DNA of 63,982 bases, counting the filler, from Asterionella formosa (lineage: Eukaryota): the NCBI GenBank assembly GCA_002256025.1. It is 4 parts of 4 records of this genome, joined end to end, with 100 filler letters (N's around TTAATTAATTAA, not from the genome) between each part and the next. Parts side by side here need not be neighbours in the genome. Positions count along the whole stretch, not along the records: positions 1 to 16,069 come from NKIB01005126.1; positions 16,170 to 32,216 come from NKIB01005137.1; 2 more parts are not named here. The stretch is one strand, 5' to 3'. Position numbers and translations under genes: made by a program. Each line of letters opens with the position of its first letter. The first letter of the stretch is position 1. Shown here piece after piece: positions 10,729 through 22,191 of this stretch. A model generated the notes under the pieces. That model was not told the DNA's origin and searched no databases. It was given only the letters and a program-made list of their open reading frames with translations.

Positions 10729-12588
10729 ATGGTAAAGCGATTGAAAATAATAGTGGAAGGTTGCTCCAGGCGGAATGCTGCCAATACATGTCAGCGACCG
10801 AAAACACCTCATGTACATCGACATGTATTTGAAGAATGCCAGAAGAGGTCGCGCGTGTCTTCAAAAATACAAATACCGAATGGTCTCCTTCTGATGGGAT
10901 CAGCATTGCTAGCTAGTATGCTACTGCTGAATCCAGGTGTTGCTGTCAGCGCATTTAGGGCAACAAGTACATCCTGTCGTATTCAATCAAGCTTGACAGA
11001 ACCGCAAACATCATGCAGCTCCTCATCGACATCGAGACTAAAACATAGCGGCGATTTAAAACAGCGACGTATAGCGGTATTATATTTGGCTGATGAACTG
11101 TCAGAAGAAGATCCTCCCGATGCTCATGAAGAAATAGAAAAACGACGAAGGAAAAGAGTCGTCGAAGGCATTTCCAACACCACTTCAATCGAAAGCGAGC
11201 TCTTGTCAAGAATTACGAAACTGGAGGCGCTACTGTCGAGACATGAAGTCGATCTTCTGCGGCTCCGACGTGAAGTTGATGTTCTGGGTGAAGCAGCAAT
11301 TGCTTTTGCACGTTTGACCCAACTACTACAGAAAGCTGGTTTAGCCGATGCCTTCGACCAAGTAGAAGGTGAAGGAAAACGGATTGTTCCAATAAGTGCA
11401 GAAAATTTGGTTAAGACTGAGAACGATAAGTCTAAGTCATCGAAGGAGCTCATCCCTGGTAAAACCTTTGAATATTTCGACGACAATGAAATCTTCGGGA
11501 CTGCCCCTGCTTCGGTAATTGATGCTGCAGATGCTGCAGGTGCCTCGATTTTGGCTTGTGTTCTGGGAGGCAAACAGCGCATGCTAGTCGACGTTCGCGA
11601 TGCGGAACTTAGTCGTGATCCAGAAATGCTTGTCCAGTTTGTTGAGCTTGCAATTCTTCCTGTTGCAGCAGGCTTGGAAGGATTGCCCAAAAAGACGCGC
11701 AATCGAGTCAAGATTGTCTTTCCCACTGTGTCGCAGCTTCTTCAGCATCGCCGTTCAATGTCCTTAGTGGCTCCAGATGTTGTAGCACTCAGTACACTTG
11801 GATTCGACCCTGTGGAAAAGCAGGATAACCTCGTTGTGATCTTGGCACCTGCGCCGGATGACGAGGAAGGGATGGATGCCATGAACGAGTTGTTAGCGCC
11901 TACTGACCCGACTGCCAAACAGCTGCGACAGCCGGTTGTAGTGATCAATCATCATATGGTGCCACTATCCGGACCAGCCAAGGATTTTGAAGTTGCTTAT
12001 CATCTTCGTTTGCTTAGTGTCCAGTATATGAGTGGGGATAGTGCTGGGGACGCACCGGAGTATCTAAAAGAACTAGCCGAGCAGAGAGCAGGCAATGAGT
12101 TCAATTTGACAACATCCTCTCAAATTTTGAGCAAAGAAGAAGACGATGCAGAGTTGGAAGCTGCTATGAAGCATGCACATGAGATTGGCATGAATCATGG
12201 AATCACCCGCGCTATGGTTATTCGAGCATATCCAAAGCCATGGCATGTATTTGTTGATACTTCACCTGATACTGACGCGGACTTTGAAGTGGCTGCTACA
12301 TTCGATGAAGAACCAACTCAAGATGATGTAAATTTTGCGATTGTCGAGTGTTTGGAGGGAAGCGAAACAGAAGACGAACTTGTTGCTTTCCAGATGCAGC
12401 AAGCATTGGAAGCTGGCCAGCTGGACAAAGTCTCGGAAATGATGGGAATTGGTGCTGGATTCGAGGTGGACGAAATGGAAGTGCAGTCCTTGGAACAAGG
12501 GGAGGGGGGGAACAGTGGTGATTCTAAGCTAGAAGACGATGAGAATTTCTATGACGACTTCGATCTATATCCGGAAGACAGCTGCTGA
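10729..12588 (+). CDS. DUF1995-like (LPA3-related) protein, probably plastid-targeted
   Basis: Long intact ORF with motifs QRMLVDV, VKIVFP, VVILAP, PVVVIN, FEVAYHLR, IRAYP.PWHVFV and F..EP typical of DUF1995. The hydrophobic signal ends in VSAF, followed by a Ser-rich transit peptide. Alternative start ATG 10894. Confidence 0.7.
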   Translation: MVKRLKIIVEGCSRRNAANTCQRPKTPHVHRHVFEECQKRSRVSSKIQIPNGLLLMGSALLASMLLLNPGVAVSAFRATSTSCRIQSSLTEPQTSCSSSSTSRLKHSGDLKQRRIAVLYLADELSEEDPPDAHEEIEKRRRKRVVEGISNTTSIESELLSRITKLEALLSRHEVDLLRLRREVDVLGEAAIAFARLTQLLQKAGLADAFDQVEGEGKRIVPISAENLVKTENDKSKSSKELIPGKTFEYFDDNEIFGTAPASVIDAADAAGASILACVLGGKQRMLVDVRDAELSRDPEMLVQFVELAILPVAAGLEGLPKKTRNRVKIVFPTVSQLLQHRRSMSLVAPDVVALSTLGFDPVEKQDNLVVILAPAPDDEEGMDAMNELLAPTDPTAKQLRQPVVVINHHMVPLSGPAKDFEVAYHLRLLSVQYMSGDSAGDAPEYLKELAEQRAGNEFNLTTSSQILSKEEDDAELEAAMKHAHEIGMNHGITRAMVIRAYPKPWHVFVDTSPDTDADFEVAATFDEEPTQDDVNFAIVECLEGSETEDELVAFQMQQALEAGQLDKVSEMMGIGAGFEVDEMEVQSLEQGEGGNSGDSKLEDDENFYDDFDLYPEDSC

Positions 12589-12636
12589 TTACGGCCCTAA
12601 TCCCAAAAATGTGTAAACTAATAATAGACCGTGCTG

Positions 12637-14358
12637 TTATTTGTTCATCGTTTGTATTGACAATAGTCTTTGCTCCAATTCTTCGTTTCGCTTATCTGTC
12701 TCGGCGAGCTTGGCTTGAAGCATATTTGTTTTTTGAACAGCAGCACATAGCCCCTCGATCATTTTCTTTTCCAGGTCTATTACTGTGGCTTGTGTTGCTT
12801 CCTTGTCGGCATGAAGTACCTGGTTTTCCATTTGAATTTTCCTTGACATTTCAAAGACATCTCGGAATGGAGTGATTCGTTGTTCGTAAGCTCGCCTTAT
12901 GTCGCTGAGTCGGTTTTCGAGTGCTTGCTTTTCTAGCATTAGTGTCTTGAGTCGCTCTTGTAGTGCGTTATTATCTTTGCAGCCAGGACAAATAACTGAA
13001 TGATGGAAGTTGTTTTGAACTTTTGGGTCTGACGATGCCACAATCTCCGAGATTGGCTCCAAAAGTGAAACGCCATTCAGCTTAATTGTCTCCTCCAACA
13101 GAAATGCGCTCGCGCCGGAAGACTCGTCGTCATCTGCCAAGACGAAAGCCTTGGAGCTTTTCGTTGGTGAAATTCTATTGAATGCACTTCGCACGGAAGG
13201 AGCACCTAAAAAAGTGGGGCCAGGAGCCTCCATGCTTGAGATTTCATCTAGATTCTCCACATTAATAGGTGATGGCGTGTCAAGGGGTGATGGTTTGGGT
13301 AGAAGCAAGTACAGAGAATCTGCTCGCCGTTTCCGTGTCGAATGTTTCTGGGCAATTATTTCGGGCGAATCCTCCTCCCATTCGAATCGACTACTATTGC
13401 ATCTAGGAGACTTACTGCATTCTTTCTGCCTTTCATCCTGTTTCGTAGTGAGGTCCGAAATAACTTCCTTGTTGACGTTGCCATTCGCCACGTCTTCAGG
13501 CTCCACTTCATTGAGAAATATATCCAATGTCGCCACTGCCTCGTTGAAGAATTCATCTTCGAATTGACTGAAATTTTCTTCGATATCATCTGGAGGTAAG
13601 CTGATGTATTCGCCAATTGTCAACACTTCTCGATAGGGAGACTCAGCAGATGGCAGCAAGGGAACGGTGCTTGAATGCATGGAGAGAGGCGAGACAGGGT
13701 CTTCTCGTTTAATTTCAATATGTGATCCCACCATCAATTCGTTTGCTGGATACCTTTCTTCGTCATCAACTTCTTCTTGATTCAGGCACTCATGCAGCAC
13801 ATTGTCAGATTTATCACTCGAGTGTGCATCTTGAACCGATGCTGCCGACAGTCTCATTGGTTTTCCCAGCGATTGTCGTCCTCCCTTAGAAGTTGCGAGT
13901 TTTCCAAGAGATGGTTGAACTCTAGGCGAAGTTTTGAAAATGGGTTTTCTTCTACTGCGAGTTGAAACAAAGGTTGTTTTGGTGGTAGCAAGGTTTGTGA
14001 TTGAAGTGCTACTTAGCGAGGAAAATGGTATGCGTGATGTTTCAAAGCTCGTTCTACTCGTCGTCTCCACTCCACGTCGTGGGGTTTGATGCCGAAGTGG
14101 CTGACCAGCAGATCTCGTGGATGGACTGAGGTTGGAGGTGCTTAGATGAGGAGTTTGCTTGATGCTTCCGTAGCTGGTTGTTACACTCAAGCGAGGAGCT
14201 GATGATGGTTTTGGTGTCTTTTGCTGATTCGACGCAAGGCTTGGTCTGGATGAACTAGCTGTACTGCCTTGTTTCTTCTTGTTCTTTTTTTCCTCTCTCC
14301 AAATGGCAAGCTTCTCTTCTCGCGAGAGACATACCGGTACTTCTGCCGTGGTCGTCAT
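12637..14358 (-). CDS. Hypothetical Ser/Thr-rich protein with C-terminal coiled coil
   Basis: 573-aa uninterrupted ORF. It has a basic N-terminal helix (REEKLAIWREEKK) and a heptad-rich C-terminus. It converges on the previous gene with a 48-bp gap. Confidence 0.75.
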   Translation of the reverse strand: MTTTAEVPVCLSREEKLAIWREEKKNKKKQGSTASSSRPSLASNQQKTPKPSSAPRLSVTTSYGSIKQTPHLSTSNLSPSTRSAGQPLRHQTPRRGVETTSRTSFETSRIPFSSLSSTSITNLATTKTTFVSTRSRRKPIFKTSPRVQPSLGKLATSKGGRQSLGKPMRLSAASVQDAHSSDKSDNVLHECLNQEEVDDEERYPANELMVGSHIEIKREDPVSPLSMHSSTVPLLPSAESPYREVLTIGEYISLPPDDIEENFSQFEDEFFNEAVATLDIFLNEVEPEDVANGNVNKEVISDLTTKQDERQKECSKSPRCNSSRFEWEEDSPEIIAQKHSTRKRRADSLYLLLPKPSPLDTPSPINVENLDEISSMEAPGPTFLGAPSVRSAFNRISPTKSSKAFVLADDDESSGASAFLLEETIKLNGVSLLEPISEIVASSDPKVQNNFHHSVICPGCKDNNALQERLKTLMLEKQALENRLSDIRRAYEQRITPFRDVFEMSRKIQMENQVLHADKEATQATVIDLEKKMIEGLCAAVQKTNMLQAKLAETDKRNEELEQRLLSIQTMNK

Positions 14359-14809
14359 TTCAGTTGTCGACTTTTCTTAGTTTTTGTGAGAGGGTAGATG
14401 ATTACCGGTATCAGGTTCCAGTACCCACTGGTAGCGGGAGGCTACTGGTAGACTATACATAGTTGCAGGCACTCCTACCAAGTACCGGTAACAGGTACCT
14501 TACTAAGCACCAGTACTCATGTATATATTTGCTTGTACATTGCTTTGTGTGGGGCATGCAGGGCGGCGCAAAGCAAGATTTGAAACCTCGGTCGGATGCG
14601 CCACTCACTACCTGGTACCAAGTACTAATGTGCAACCTACCGATACTGTCACTCACCGGCCGGCCAGCCCGCCAACGGTTGCTCCCTGTTGGTTCTAATT
14701 CCCGCTCATGAACTGGCATTCGCACTCTCTAGTATGTGCCAACGAGGAATGTAAGATAAACACCGGTAATAAATATATGTATACAGTGTGGCTGGCTGCA
14801 ATTTCTGGG

Positions 14810-16024
14810 TCAACGAGGTGGACCCCGTAGGCCTAGTACCAGCAAAAACCCTGATTCTACTGAATATAATATTTTGTGCCTAATGGAAGGCATCCTTTGT
14901 CCGATTTTTTTAATCCCTTTCAATGTTCTTGACCATTGGAAGGATGGCTGTAGTTTCAATAACTCCTTATAGGACCACTTAGAAACAGCTCGAATAGTAG
15001 AATCATCATCACAGATGATTGTAGAGTAGATAACATTGTTTTTCATTACTGCATCAATCATCATTTCTACACCAGCATCTGGTTCCATTGCTTTCGAACT
15101 ACCAGTTACATGATTCTTGGGACAAACATGTTCCTTGATTGGTTTCTTGTACCATATAGCCCTGTCACACACATTACAGACCTTAGATTTCACTCTGTAG
15201 TCTAGTATCTTTTTCGTGTAGCCGCCAATACAAAAAGCATGTCCACTTACAGAGTTGTACCTATTCCCGCTGGAACGCTGCTGCCAGCCCATATCGTAAC
15301 TAACAGTGAGTCGAGGCATATTCAGTACAGACAAGCGATCCGTAGTACCAGTCAGACTGTTCCACCACTGAAAATCACGTCCTTTGTCACCCCAGTCTCC
15401 TCGTTCATGCACATTGAGTGTCAGATATATTTCTTCCTGACACGCCTCTTTCATTGCAAGAGCGGTTGCAGTAACTTCAGCGTTTCCTACCAGTTCCTCC
15501 ACTGCACCAAAGTTACCTTGCGTAGACCAAAATCCAAAGGTAAGTGGAAGATTCATTGCGGAGCAGATGATATCTGCATCTGCTGGTCCCATTCCGGCTT
15601 CGTGACAACCCAAAATAAACTGTTTGTTGATAGAAAAGTGTTTTGCTTCTATTGCGTTATTTCTTATCTCATCATTCCTGTCTCCATTGCTGTTGCTTCT
15701 TGCAGGTTTGAGTTTAGAAATCAGTTTCTGACAGGTCAAACAAGAGACTGTGAATTCACTTGCCAAGCCGTAATTTTTGGTAGAGACAACAATCAACGGT
15801 TGTTTCATTGCTGAAATCGAAAAGTCAAACACATCCTGCTCCAGAAATGATTCACATTGCTGTTCAATGGACAGCTTTTGTTGTCTATTTGATGTAAAGT
15901 AAGTTACAAAGTCACGAAGCGATTGTTTGCAATATTCTTTTGCAAATTTATTAACACAACTTTTGCAATACATATCTTCCTGCAGAAATTTCGACAATGT
16001 ATTATAGTCGATTATATGATTCAT
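14810..16024 (-). mobile_element. Mutator-like transposase, C-terminally truncated
   Basis: SYDMGWQQRSSG.RYNS.SGH...IG..TKKILD...KSK.C..C...H.C.KNH..GSSKAME...IICDDDS is the Mutator-like transposase motif string. Similarity fades near the ORF end. Confidence 0.8.
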
Positions 16025-16069
16025 TTTCAGTTGAGAGCAGTCTGTTTTAATTGGTGAGATGTGATTGCT

Positions 16070-16169
16070 NNNNNNNNNNNNNNNNNNNNNNNNNNNNNNN
16101 NNNNNNNNNNNNNTTAATTAATTAANNNNNNNNNNNNNNNNNNNNNNNNNNNNNNNNNNNNNNNNNNNN
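16070..16169. other. Artificial contig spacer
   Basis: 44 N + TTAATTAATTAA (stops in all six frames) + 44 N. Confidence 0.97.
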
Positions 16170-16359
16170 CCTGGTCTGTTCATTAAAACGACTGCCCTAA
16201 CGCAACAAAGAATAAGTAATAATAAGAAAGGATACGAAATGTGGCATTCCTACAATCCCAGCTCATAAATAAAGAAAGCAATACTGTATACGACAGGTTG
16301 GTACGGAGTATATTACACGAACATATCGGTAGATCCTGCCTTGCAATTAACGTTCTTGG

Positions 16360-16710
16360 CTACCTGGTACTGGTACCTGCAATAGGTACGGTACCATCAG
16401 ATAAATTCAATGCACGCATGTACAAAAGTATCAGGTACCTGGTACCTGGTACCAGGTACCACAGGTTGCGTATAGTAGATACCCAGGTACCTGGTACTGG
16501 TACCTCGTACTTACAACGGACAGTACCTGGTGCTACCGGTATACCAGGATACTGGTAACAGCACCTGGTACCTCTGGTACCTGGTACCACAAATTACTGC
16601 TACCTGGTACCTGGTACCTTTTACGAAATACAGGTAGGTCGTATGTAGTGCTACCGAGACTTTGTATACCTGTTAGTGCCTGGTACCAGGTTACCAGGTA
16701 CCTGGACCGT
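16360..16710. repeat. Dense GGTACC / TACCWGGTA palindrome array
   Basis: About 15 GGTACC by manual count in ~350 bp, built from 7-mers (GGTACCT/GGTACCA) in both orientations. Confidence 0.9.
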
Positions 16711-17699
16711 ACTCCAGTTGACTCATCCTCAAAAGCAATGGAGTACAAATGTGTCCCGTTCCCAAAATCCGGGTTCAAATCTGGATAAAATCTCCGGGTT
16801 CTGCGGTAGTCGAGTTGCGCTTTGCTGTGGGAGGGACTTCGGGTGGGTGATTTAGACTATGGTTCTGGTATGTACTACATACATAAGTATAAATTGCGAA
16901 AAGCTTGGCAATGCTTTAGACTACTTCCCTGAATTGTATTCAAAGAATTGTGCTCTTCACCCCTGCACTAATTTACTGATGATAATCTTGCATGGTTGCT
17001 ATCTTCCTCCCTTGCCTTACTAGCTGCCGATTCTTGGTTGTTCGATTCAACTCTAAAGCTACTAGAACTTAATATTCACATTGTTCACATTGTTGCTACA
17101 TTAACATCTCTGCTTTGACTGCTTTGATTCTTTGATTCATGTCGCACAGTTTGATACTATAGTCCAGTGTTTGCCTGGTATAACTCCATTGCATCCATCC
17201 TTGTCTGTAATTTAAAAAGTTGGGAAAGCTATCATAATCATTTCGGTAAACAAAGAAGGTACATGACGTTTCCGCAGGCAACATAGGGGATAATAAACTT
17301 ATCCCATGATCCATAACAACAAAATGCTCCATGTATAGTAGGCATGTGGCACTTTAATGGTGAGTTGCATTTGCTTCAGTTTTACCAGACACTTTGACAT
17401 TTACATAGGTAAGATATGAACAAGTCACATGCAATGAATTCTACACACAAGTGTACCACAGGACACTATCCAGAATCCGTTCGTATGCCATACTTGATGT
17501 CTAAATTGGTCAGTGCATTACAAAATATTTAACAATGCATGATGTATGATCATACATAAATTTGTATGGGTGACCCAGTATATATACTAGCAGCAGTACT
17601 CAATGCACCATGATGTGACCGGTAGCAGTAACCAGGTACCAAGGTGCAGTACCACACTGCTGTGAACCTATGGGTGTATGTGTAGGTGCACGGAATTGC

Positions 17700-17940
17700 G
17701 AATTCTCCTTCACTAAGGGAAAACCTTTCATCTATGAAAAAGTTTAATACAACGAATATTAATTTGATAAGTAATATGAATAGTTGGTTGAAAATTGATT
17801 GTGCCATTGGCATGCACTTGAATAACAGTATGAGGACCTCGTCCACGATCATCCAAGGTAGTTGGATTACCCGATAGGATAAGAATCTCGTCGCCAACTC
17901 TGTAATCACAAGACCGATAATGAAAATCAGCACATTTTTA
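17700..17940 (-). mobile_element. Gypsy integrase C-terminal fragment with polypurine tract
   Basis: Minus strand reads DYRVGDEILIL...GPHTVIQVHANGTI...INIRCIKLF, then GTGAAGGAGAA. Paralogous to 31589-31830. Confidence 0.7.
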
Positions 17941-20411
17941 ATGTGTCATCACATAGCAGATTTGTCTGTTCAGCATTCTGCTGGGTTTTAGGCACAATGG
18001 CCACTACGGTAGCTGACCAGCAGAATAGTTCGTGAGCACTAAACTTACCTAAGCAGATTTATAAAAGTCGGCAAGTATGGCCCTCTTCACAGTACCCTAA
18101 CCAGACATCATTGTATAGAGTAGTGCTACATGCTCAGCTATAGATGGATTGTTTCAGATTTGTAAACAATGAGAAATTAATTGCAAATAGTGTTATTCTT
18201 CTACACATAGAGGTTCAAATCAGTTTTTGACTGGTATTAGCAAGAAGTTGCGGTAATTTCTTTGCCTCTTCGTTTGAACATTCCAAAACCGTCAAATATT
18301 CCTGTATGGTATAAACCAGTGTGCATATAATTTCAACTTTGCATAATTGAACTTTCCAGGTTATAATCCCGCCATTCACTTACTCTTTTTAATAATAAGC
18401 ATATATCTCGGTAGTATGTAGGCAGTGCTGCTGCTGAAACCGTCCTCATTCACAATATCTGTGTTGGACACAACCACTCCTCCCTCCAGCCACCTAATCC
18501 ACCTCCGCTTTTCTTACCTCCCAACTTTCTCCACTAGACCTGTTGATCCCTAAAGAGCAGCCAAGTGCCGCTTCCCTGTTGAGATATCGCATTTTCCCTA
18601 CTATGCACACTTCTCACATCATTTTCTTTAAACAAATTTCTCTTCCTCCTCCATTTCCTTTCCCCTCCATACCTTCTACTTCCAAAATTCTCCCTCATTC
18701 AGAACCTGGAAAAACCCAGACCCTGTGGTAATTCCAAGCAAGATAATGTTCTCATTTGCTGCCATCCACATTCTGCCATCAGGCGCAAAAGTCACTTCAA
18801 CCTCAGAACAAGTCAATTAGCTACATACCTCTTTTCCAGTCATACAATGCTTCTCCCCTAAGACTCTTCTATTGTTTTCTTACCAGAAATTCAACAAGCT
18901 GCTTTGCACTGCCCAGCTTCCTCCATTCCTTCAGCTAATTATTCATTTTGGCTGCAGCATTTCATTCATCTGAATATTGATAGTACCTTCTTAATATCAT
19001 CATTCTTCTCTTCTCACATCCAAGATATTCTTTCATCTCACTCTTATTCTTTCTTTCTTCATTTGCAAATAGAATAGTATATTTGAATGATCAGCAATTG
19101 TTCAATCAATTGAAAGTCATTGCAAGCTTTTAATCGAAGTTCAAGGCACATCAATGCACATGAGTCTTTATATTCTTTACAAACAATGTCTTTGATTACC
19201 ACTGGATCATGCCATGTTGATAGCACTACTGCTGTAGTGCTGGATTGAATAAACCAGAGTCAGCCAATGTCATGACATGGTAGTAAGCCAACATGTCCAT
19301 GTTCCAACAAGCTCATCTTGAAAACTTTTGCATCATCAAAATCAACATCACTGCCTCTGATAGACATCCTTTAACACTTCCAATGAAATTGGTATTGGTT
19401 TGATATGCCCATTTGGAACTGGCACAGCACTTACATTCAAATCCCTCTCCAGCAATTTCTGAATGACATTTTGTGTCAACATGACTTCATCTCCAAGCTT
19501 GGTCCCAATGTGCTCATCATTCCTTTTCTCTTTCAAGAAGACATTACATATTCTTGACATGATGTGTCTCAAACTTGGATCAAGGTTGACAATTTCATAT
19601 GCACCTTGTTGTCTAGTTAAAGTTTAATAAGGCAAGTTTTGCCATCAATCAACCCACCCCACAAGACTTGCACAAACCCTTCGCCTTGCCTTCCCACCAG
19701 CCTTCCTTGACTTTTGTAACTTCTCTTGTAACTTCAATTAAGGAATGGAACCGGAGAAAATTGTAGGAATCAAAATTGCCCCAGAGAAATTTGAGAATTG
19801 CCACATCTATTTTCATTTGTATAAAAACAAAATAAGAATAAGATGACTACCTCCTAATGATATTAGATTGCGACTCAAGGTTGTAGAATTCCATTGAGGC
19901 ATCATGGTACAAAGTACACTGATACATCTTTACTGCTGTGTGCGACCATAAGTACATCATAGTTGCGTGGAATACACTTGACAGTGTAACTGAAATTCAA
20001 AGAACAGGAACAACTGTATCAAAGGATCGATGAAAAAAATGAATTATAATATTTTGTGTGTTGTGTATAGAGCTGTAACTGCCAAGGAATTGACTGCTGT
20101 TCTGGCATTTTTGTAACTCTGAAATCCTGTAGACTTAGTCCACTACTGTTCTGGCCCCAAAATTTCGATCAGGGTCAGTGCTCTCAATCCAGTTGCATAT
20201 CATACGGCGACGATGATAGAACGATAACCGTCTACTGTATCAACTAGATGGAGTAAGACAAGTAAATATCATGCAATGTGGGAAGACTCTATTCAGCTTA
20301 GTAGCAGTGTGCGATATTAAATGGCTTTGAGATTGGTATTGCGGCTGGCATATTTGAGCTTTTTCTCGCCTCCGAGGTCTAGATGAACATGAACTAATGA
20401 AGATTGATTCT

Positions 20412-22191
20412 TTACTTGCCATAGCCCTTGAGGAAGTTCTTAACATCATCACTGACCTCTTCCTTGGGCAAGACCCTTCCTCCTGCCTCACCCCCCTTGA
20501 CAACACCAACACCAGATCCTGTTGCAGCTGATGGCGCTGGCACTGGAGCAGGTGCGGGCTTGCCTTTGGCAACTGATGCCGCCTTCTTAGCGTCCGCAGC
20601 GACTTGTGCCTCCGCTTTTGCCGCTTCAGCGGCCTTAGCAGCGGCTTCTTGCTCAGCCTTCTTTTCCGCTGCTTCTGCCGCTTTTTTGATTTTTTCGGCT
20701 TTAATAGCAGCTTCTTTAGCCTGTGCTTCCTTCTCCTCGGCGGCGAGCTTATCAGCAATTGCGTCGGCGGCCTTGCTATCTGCAATAGCGGCAGCATCCT
20801 TTGAAGCGGTATTTGTTTCGGCCTTCTTGTCAGCTACTTTAGCCACAGCGGATTCCTTCGCAGAGGCATTTTCCTTAGCCTTGGCTTCTGCAGCAGCAGC
20901 CTTTTCGGCTGCTTCCTTGGCTTTGGCCTCCTTCTCGGCCCTAACAGCTGCTTCCTTGGCATTGGCTGCCTTCACTTCAGCTAAAAGGGAAAAAAGAAGT
21001 TGGTGAGTTAGTTAGAAAAGTGCTTACATTCCTTGTTGTCCTCGTCTCCGTCAATACGTACCGGCCATTTTATCTGCTTCCTTCTTTGCGGCAAGGGCCT
21101 TGTCAGCAGCCTCCTTTTCCGCTGCCTTCTCTGCGGCAGCAGCCTTTGCAGCAGCAGCACTATCAGTCTTGGTGGGGGTGGGGGCAACGGAATCGGTATC
21201 GAGATTGTATCCACTGCGATTAATCTTGGCCTTCACAACCTTTTTGGGATTAATTTTGGTAGGTGAAGAAGTGATATCGACCTTCGCCGCCTTTGCAGCT
21301 TTGACAGGACGCGATACAGACGGAGCGCTAGAGGAAGGGAGGGAAATGGAAGGTCCCTCAACACCAGTGAAAGGAGATGCAACGATCAAAGCCACAGTTG
21401 CGGCAGCAAATCCAAGGAATCCCTGTAGAAGAAAGCAATAGGTGAGATTCTTAAAACCCAAAGAAGATTCCCTATACACTGAACGAACTCAATCTGGTTC
21501 TTACTGCAGCTTTTGTGACTCCGCTACCATCAACCGCACTTTGGATCTTCTTCTTAGCCTGAGCAGCCTCAAACGCCGCGATTTCCTTCTGTATGACTTC
21601 CCGACGGGCGGCTGTCTTGGCCAAGATATCACGCCCAGCAACGAGGGCCACCAGGGGTGCCAACACCAAAGGCGCTCCACCAACAAAAACTCCAAGGCCA
21701 GCGTTTGGCTCGGCTTCGACAGGTGCCTTTGGTGCCTTGGGAGTCTTTGGTCGATCAACCTTTGCAACGGGCTTTGGTTTTTCAAATTTGATCACGCTAG
21801 GGGCAGCCTTCTTTGGTGTTTCAGGGATGCCAGTTTCAAGACTGTAGCCGCTCTTTTTCGAGCCCTTGACTTCAACGGCTGGAACTTGTGGCTTTGGAGG
21901 CGGCTTCACCACGACGGGGGCTTCCTTGACGACCTCGGCCTTGGGAGCAGGCTTTGGCTTTTCAGCCTTAGGGGTAGGAGCGGGCTTTGGTTTGGGTGCA
22001 GGTTTCGCCTTCTCAGCCTTTACTGGCTCCGGTGGGCTCAGAAGCTTCGACTCCAAGTCCGCCAAGGAGAAAAGAGGTGTTTTCGACTGTCTCGTCGCGA
22101 AAGGGGCAACAACATTGGCGCGGTTGGCCACAGGCACAAAAGCCGACGTTGAGGCGACAACGGAGAGGATGGCGAAGGTAGAGAATCTCAT
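20412..22191 (-). CDS. Plastid-targeted Ala/Lys/Pro-rich membrane protein; exons 22191-21505, 21422-21062, 20980-20412 (~538 aa)
   Basis: Signal peptide MRFSTFAILSVVASTSAF-VP (ASAF-type cleavage motif). Two GT-AG introns (82 and 81 bp) keep the frame. Hydrophobic segments GVFVGGAPLVLAPLVALVAG and FLGFAAATVALIVASPF. Confidence 0.85.

Noticed and set aside
14560..14720. Possible third SINE or Pol III gene (GC-rich, B-box-like GGTTTCAAATC)
   Set aside because: No convincing A box, TSD or second copy.
16070..16169. TTAATTAATTAA inside N runs as a biological motif, and any synteny across the three gaps
   Set aside because: The identical 100-bp spacer at all three gaps is a concatenation linker, so the segments need not be neighbours.
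16241..16778. ORFs rich in YLVPGT/WYQVPG
   Set aside because: These are translations of the GGTACC palindrome array, not proteins.
18400..19700. Decayed coding-like region on the minus strand
   Set aside because: Probably TE-derived, but I could not recognise any motif to support a call.
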